Assembly (NCBI GenBank): GCA_020184695.1
Contig: JAANOX010000243.1
Coordinates: 186,001 to 250,000, forward strand
Direction: 5' to 3'
Origin: Histomonas meleagridis 2922-C6/04-290x
Lineage: Eukaryota > Protista > Parabasalia
DNA length: 64,000 nucleotides
This document shows positions 58,451 to 64,000 of this stretch, in pieces; position 1 is the stretch's first letter; every line of letters starts with the position of its first letter. The position numbers and the translations under genes are program-made. Below the pieces are notes generated by a model. That model was not told the origin of the DNA and searched no databases. It saw nothing but the letters and a program-made list of their open reading frames with translations.

Positions 58451-59779
58451 AAGATTTGAAATTTATTATCAAGTTATCGATATTATATATCTGTTCCCTC
58501 ATCTACAGGTTTTTCACCTCAATCTATATCAATTTCATTGTTTGAAGTTGTAAAACAAAGCTTCTTTATTTATATAAGTATCATTTTCATCATATAATGA
58601 AATATGTCAGTTCCTCATAATAAAGATTTACTTATACAAGCATCGGTTTTATGATTAGATATCTATGGAAAATCCTGGATAACTTGAAATTCGTTTATGA
58701 AGTAGAAAATAATAGGAGTTTGACGACCATTGACCCAGTTTATTCTATAGAAAAAATGAAGTGTGATATCAAATTTTTTTATGCATATAATGAAAAAATG
58801 GGGGGAATTTTGACACCTGTTGCAGATCTGATCATAGAAAATATCGATGGAATCAAAAGAATCCACTTGGACGGAAAATATCGCAAAATAAACAATTAGC
58901 ATAAGATATTTTATTGTTATATATGTTAAAAATGAATGGAAAATTTTACATAATCAATGTTGAGTCTGTTGAATCTATTTAGTTCAGTTAGACAATTTTG
59001 TTGGTTTAAAAAATGATAAAATATAAGCTAATAATTTTATTTTGTCAGAAAACGATAAAATTAGTCAATATATGTTTATAATTTATTCTTATAATTTACT
59101 CTTATGGTGGTCAATATCTTTGATATTTTAGTCAGTAAATTCTAAATATTTGACGAGATATTTTTGTTGTAATTTTCTATTCAATTTTGAATAGCATTTT
59201 ATACTATGATTTACATCGATAAATTTTGAAATGGGTTTTGGATGTGCTTTTATTAAAATATAATAAAATATTATACTTATGACAAATTGATTTCGAAATA
59301 CGCCAATTTGATTTTTGAATTTGACAAATTGATTTTGAAAAACGACAAGATGAAATGAAAAAAGTATATTAATATGTTAAAAATCGTCTGGATATGTATA
59401 ATTATATTTATTGAACAATTCTATTACTTGTTGTTTGCTTTTTTCGCATTATATTTATTAAATATAAAAAAACGAAAAAAAAAAAAATTAAAAATCATAT
59501 TTTAGAAATCAATGTTCATTATAGTGATTACTTATATGTCATACCTTCAGTGTATTTTACAAACTTGAGTGATATTTTACGTTTATCTATTAACTTTATT
59601 ACATCAGGGTAGCTATATTTTATGTTATAAGTTTAACCAATTCTATATCATTAGTATCACATAATAATTGTAATCATTATTTCCATTCAAATGGTGATCA
59701 TTTACCAAATTTCCATTTTGAATTTTGTCATATAATTCAGGAAATTTGATTCTTAGAGAAGTGTCCATTGCATATTGAC

Positions 59780-60966
59780 TAAATATAGAAATTTTTGAAT
59801 TTAATAAATATAATCCTGAGGCTCAAAATCCGATTTGAATATTATCAATTGAAGCAGCTTCTGATAATGCAGACCACCAAATAAACTTAGCTCATATTGC
59901 AATAACTTTTTCTTATATATTGTCTTCAATGGTGAAGTTATAGCAACATCAAAAGGCTGTAATAAATGAGAAGTATGCCCAGGAAATACTGATATATCAA
60001 TCCCAAACATCTCAAATAATCTTGCAACATTATAATTGGCCCTACTTTTATGTCCATCAACCAGCAATCAAATCCTCTGTTTTCTCAGTTCTGGTTTAAG
60101 CTGAAGTCTATAAATTCGAATTTCAGCTAAGAATGCATATGCCAGTAAGTGAATAGTTTTTTGTTGGTCCAACCTGTTGGTGATGTTGCAAAATGCCCAA
60201 GTTCTTTGACTTCTTCAAGTCCACTAAATGTTTTTTTATCCTTTAGGATAAACCATGGTTTCATAACATATCCACTTGCAGATACCTTTATACAAGCGAT
60301 GATGTGTGGAAATACTGGAGATGATTTCGTAAGTGGGATTTTGCCTTGAGTTACCAATACCTCATATTTCTTTTTTGATGAACCCATAATTTTATCCATG
60401 TTAAAAATTGATGCAGGATCCCTCTTTAGTAGGTGAGAATGCTTGGAAAAAAAGTCTTCTATTGCAACTATATCACAAGCAATTCTTCTTAATGTTTCCA
60501 ATTCAGCAGCAAATTCCACACTTAGATAATTTGCTTTAGCCATTTTTTGAAGCCAAGTTACATCATAATGTATTTCTCTCACTTTCGTTAATATTTTTTT
60601 GCTGTTGCATATTTCCAATTATTTTCTGGCTTTTTAAGCTCTCTCTTTTATGAGAGTTGTTGCTATTTTCATTGCCTCACATGTTGACGAACAATTTATA
60701 TCATTTTCTCTTTTATGAACTATATCTATGAACTTCTTCATATTCAAATCACAGAGGATTGCCTCCCCACCTTCCATTGAGTTTTTGTCCCGATATTTTT
60801 CACAAGCTGTTCTCAAAAATATTCGTCCAACAACTTTATCACCACATAATTTATGCTTTTCTCTTATTTGTGCGAAGGTCTTTCCAGTAAGTTTTTGTAT
60901 GTAAATCATTACCTGTTTCGTAGAAAGGATGGATTCGTTAGTCGATGCATTTATCAATTCTATCAA
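59780..60966 (-). mobile_element. Decayed pogo/DDE_1 transposase
   Basis: IFNMD, IIACIKVSASG...P, GWTNKKLF and LVDGHKSR...FPGHTSHLLQPFDV across three broken ORFs. Confidence 0.8.
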
Positions 60967-61443
60967 AAAATCAAATGTAGAGTATACAAAACATAACGTT
61001 TTAACTCAATTAACCGTATAATTAAATGTATCAATTCACATTTTCCTATCAATTATTGTATCGTTTCTATCGGCACCCTTTTATTCTACATAACTGTTCA
61101 CATGATGATGAATTCTATGTGCTATCACGAAATCAGTATACGGCCATTCCGCTCTCTGTATTATATAAATTGATTTGAACTTTTTTTTCTCATAAATTTA
61201 CGAATTATGACCCATATGGGTCTTATTTCATCTCTTATCCGACTTTTTAATTTTGCTAAATCTTTAAAATTTATTCTCATTCAAAATTCAAAGAACTTTT
61301 AAATTATTTAATGATCAATTTATAAATACACTCAATTAGCACACAATTTTCATTACAAATTTTCAATTTTTTGATGATTGGACTGATTTCTAACCAAAAG
61401 TTGATTTTCAACTCACTTCACATTCTATTCATATTACTTAAAT

Positions 61444-62030
61444 ATGAAACACTATTCGTCGAAGGAAAAGGACATTGATATTCTTATCAATACAATGCTA
61501 TCAGGAGGTGATCCATACATTGTTGGAAAGGCATTTGGTATGTCGAAGAGAACGATTCAGCGCTACATGAAAACAATTTTATTGCTTGTGAAATTCAAAG
61601 AAAGGTGGTGCTTCCAACATAAAAATTAACGATGTAATTGAAGATTGGATGATTCAATTTGTTGAAGAAAACAGCTCAACCACCCTTCAAATCATCGAAG
61701 ACAACATGTGCGCTGTTTTTCCGCAACAAGGTTTGAATAACATTTCTCTTATGACAATTCACAATCACCTTGATGCCAAATAGATTTCATACAAAAAGCA
61801 GCGCTACATTGCTCCAGATGCTAATTCCGATGAAACACTTTGTTTGAGGGCGGAATACGTCAATGAATTCAAGAACTTAAACGTGAATATACACCGAATT
61901 TATATCTATGAAACTAATGTCACAATAATGAACAGGAGGAATTATGGTAGATCAAAAGTTGGGACATGACAGTTCAGCCTTTTGTAATCAATGGCTGCAA
62001 AAAAGTAAATATAATTGCAGCAGTAAGTTG
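61444..62030 (+). mobile_element. Decayed Tc1/IS630-type transposase
   Basis: HTH GMSKRTIQRY, then MIQFVEENSSTTL, TIHNHL, IYIYETN and RNYGRSKVG in broken frames. Confidence 0.65.
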
Positions 62031-62059
62031 AAGCTTTAATTGGGTGTATCATGAAAGAA

Positions 62060-64000
62060 CACTTGATATTTATCTGTTTGGAGTTTAAATGATAATATTA
62101 TTTCAAAGGTACCGTTCCACTTACCAGGAATAGTTGACGCATATCGAAAATTATCAGGCTTATTCTTACCAATCGTATTAATTTAGATCATGATCTAAAC
62201 CAAGGTTTTGTTATTACCGTTTCGTCTCGAGCAATTGAGACAAATATGTTTTTTTTTCTTTCATCAATTTTATAATATTCACGGCTAATTGGAAATCTTT
62301 TCTTTGTGATGCCATCATGACGAGATAATATATCACGTACAGATGAACCCACTTGAATAATTAAATCTTCAATACGTGTTTGTTTTTCAGGAGCTTCTAT
62401 ACGTTAAAATATATATTCTTTCTTTATTATCAAACATTTGTTTTGAAGAACAACCGATGGCTGAATGATTCGTATTATAAATATTCAGAAACTTTATTAT
62501 TTAATCTGGAGTAATAAACGTATATTTTTCATCATGTTTCATGAACTGCCGAAGCTGATGTTTACATTAACGGTAAACAATAAACATATCTATTAATTGT
62601 GCCAATAAATACATGCCAATATCTAAAATTTTTATTTTTATACTTCATCGTATAAGTCATGAAACCAACAAATTGGTATAGATGTGAGTATTTTTGAATT
62701 TGGCAAAAAGATTCCTGGAATAATTGATACAGTAAAAAGCGTAAAAATGATATAACAGATAAAATAGATAAGATAGTTGATGCAGTTCTTTAGCAGTCCA
62801 GCCATACACCTCGGGAGACTCGAAGTTCGTATCTTCTAAATAAAATGATTTTTCAATTTTTCATTTTATTTCAAATGATTGAGACAGAAACAAAAATCGT
62901 TTTGAAAGGAACAGAAGATAAAGTCTTGCCATAGGCTCGAACCTCACGAAAATCTAACAATAAAAACATCAGATGTCGATATAACAAAAAATACTGTTAA
63001 AGATCTTATAATAGCTAACGCCAAAAATCATGTTGAAAATGAATTCTCTTACGTCAAATACTTCAATAACAGCAAAAAAATCAAAAACTACAACGGTAAG
63101 TCGAAAATTAATTAAAAACAACAACGACGGTGAAGAGTATTATTTATAAGATGACCAATTATTAATGAAGCATATAATTGAATCGAATTCACGATTAGAT
63201 CAATTAACAGGTTAGCATAAAAAGCGTAAGAAGAAATACAGAAGTTCAAAGAATGATATTCTGAGGAAATTACAACAGTTGAGCAAACAAAGAATGAAAA
63301 ACAATCAAAAGAAATTATTACGGAACATCAAGAACCAAAACATCACGAACAAGTTTATAATGTGCCGGTCCAACGCGGATGGATAGCAAAAGTTCAATAC
63401 TTATGAATCAATATTTTTATTTCTAATTAAATGGCAAAAAAAGCAGTTAAAAGAATCATCGAAAATACAAAGAAATATGTCAAACGCGGATAAAGGCATC
63501 TATTTATTACTCAAGCTTCAACATTGAATTCTAACGCTTTGGTGAAAACAAATATTTATCCTCTACCGGTAAATTCCGATTCAGCTCGGTCACAACAAAT
63601 GATTGCAAATTTACTAAATCCATTTCTTTTTGTTGCAATATCACAAACACCACAAAACGTAAATCTTGACGCAATACATAATATGGAAAATTTAAACGAT
63701 GTTCGTCAACAAATCAATGATACGCGGAGATAAAAAACCAAGATGAATTAGCAAGAAAGAAAAATTTGAATGAACAAGAAAGAAATATGAAAAAAGCGAC
63801 AAAAGCTGCTGAAGCAAAGTATAATGAAGAAAAGCAAAAACGTGTAATGGCAGGAAGAGAGAGATTGAACGTCAGCATAAATTCGCGAACAAAGCTAATC
63901 AAGAAACTGAACGTTATGCAAGAAGTTCCAATAACGCTACCGTTCCATTACATTCAAATCTACCTTTTAAAGAATATTAAATTGGTTATTTACCAATATC
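62060..64000. mobile_element. Second decayed Maverick segment, inverted relative to the intact element
   Basis: Minus-strand integrase C-terminus (62060-62400). Plus-strand homologues of the amphipathic protein (62710-62790), the 50-kb ORF (62950-63410) and the coiled-coil ORF (63430-63920). Confidence 0.85.

Noticed and set aside
58651-58899. 82-aa ORF among relics
   Set aside because: No recognisable motif or promoter context, so it cannot be supported as a gene.
1-64000. rRNA, tRNA or snRNA genes
   Set aside because: None recognised by eye; a tRNAscan-SE/Infernal run would be needed to exclude them.

Overview
AT-rich eukaryotic DNA, most consistent with a parabasalid (trichomonad-like) protist. 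Supporting evidence: intronless compact genes, TCAY(T/A) initiator and RCGGTT (M3-like) promoter motifs, a BspA-like LRR gene, a TKL kinase and an R2R3-Myb. Bases 1-30 kb are host genes: Myb, dual-specificity phosphatase, eIF4E, a VPS9-like protein, 14-3-3, a Rae1/Bub3-like WD40 protein, RPS25, coactosin-like, RPA3, TKL kinase, BspA, eIF3c and a PPP phosphatase. This part also holds ankyrin, Hsp70 and pogo relics and one bacterial-looking ORF. The main feature is a bounded 22,898-bp Maverick/Polinton-like endogenous virus (31578-54475) with ~2-kb terminal inverted repeats, (AC)7/(GT)7 ends and a 5-bp GTTTG target-site duplication. It encodes a packaging ATPase, putative minor and major capsid proteins, a short divergent protein-primed PolB, an HNH nuclease, an rve integrase, a myristoylated amphipathic-helix protein and a large phage-tail-fibre-like gene. 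An identical 55-bp double-hairpin lies just downstream of both capsid genes. The element inserted into an older, inverted, decayed copy of its own family. Bases 55-64 kb are a graveyard of further Maverick, pogo and Tc1/IS630 relics. Many frameshifts in multi-copy sequence fall in homopolymer runs and may be assembly errors. All protein assignments are by motif recognition only; no database searches were run.
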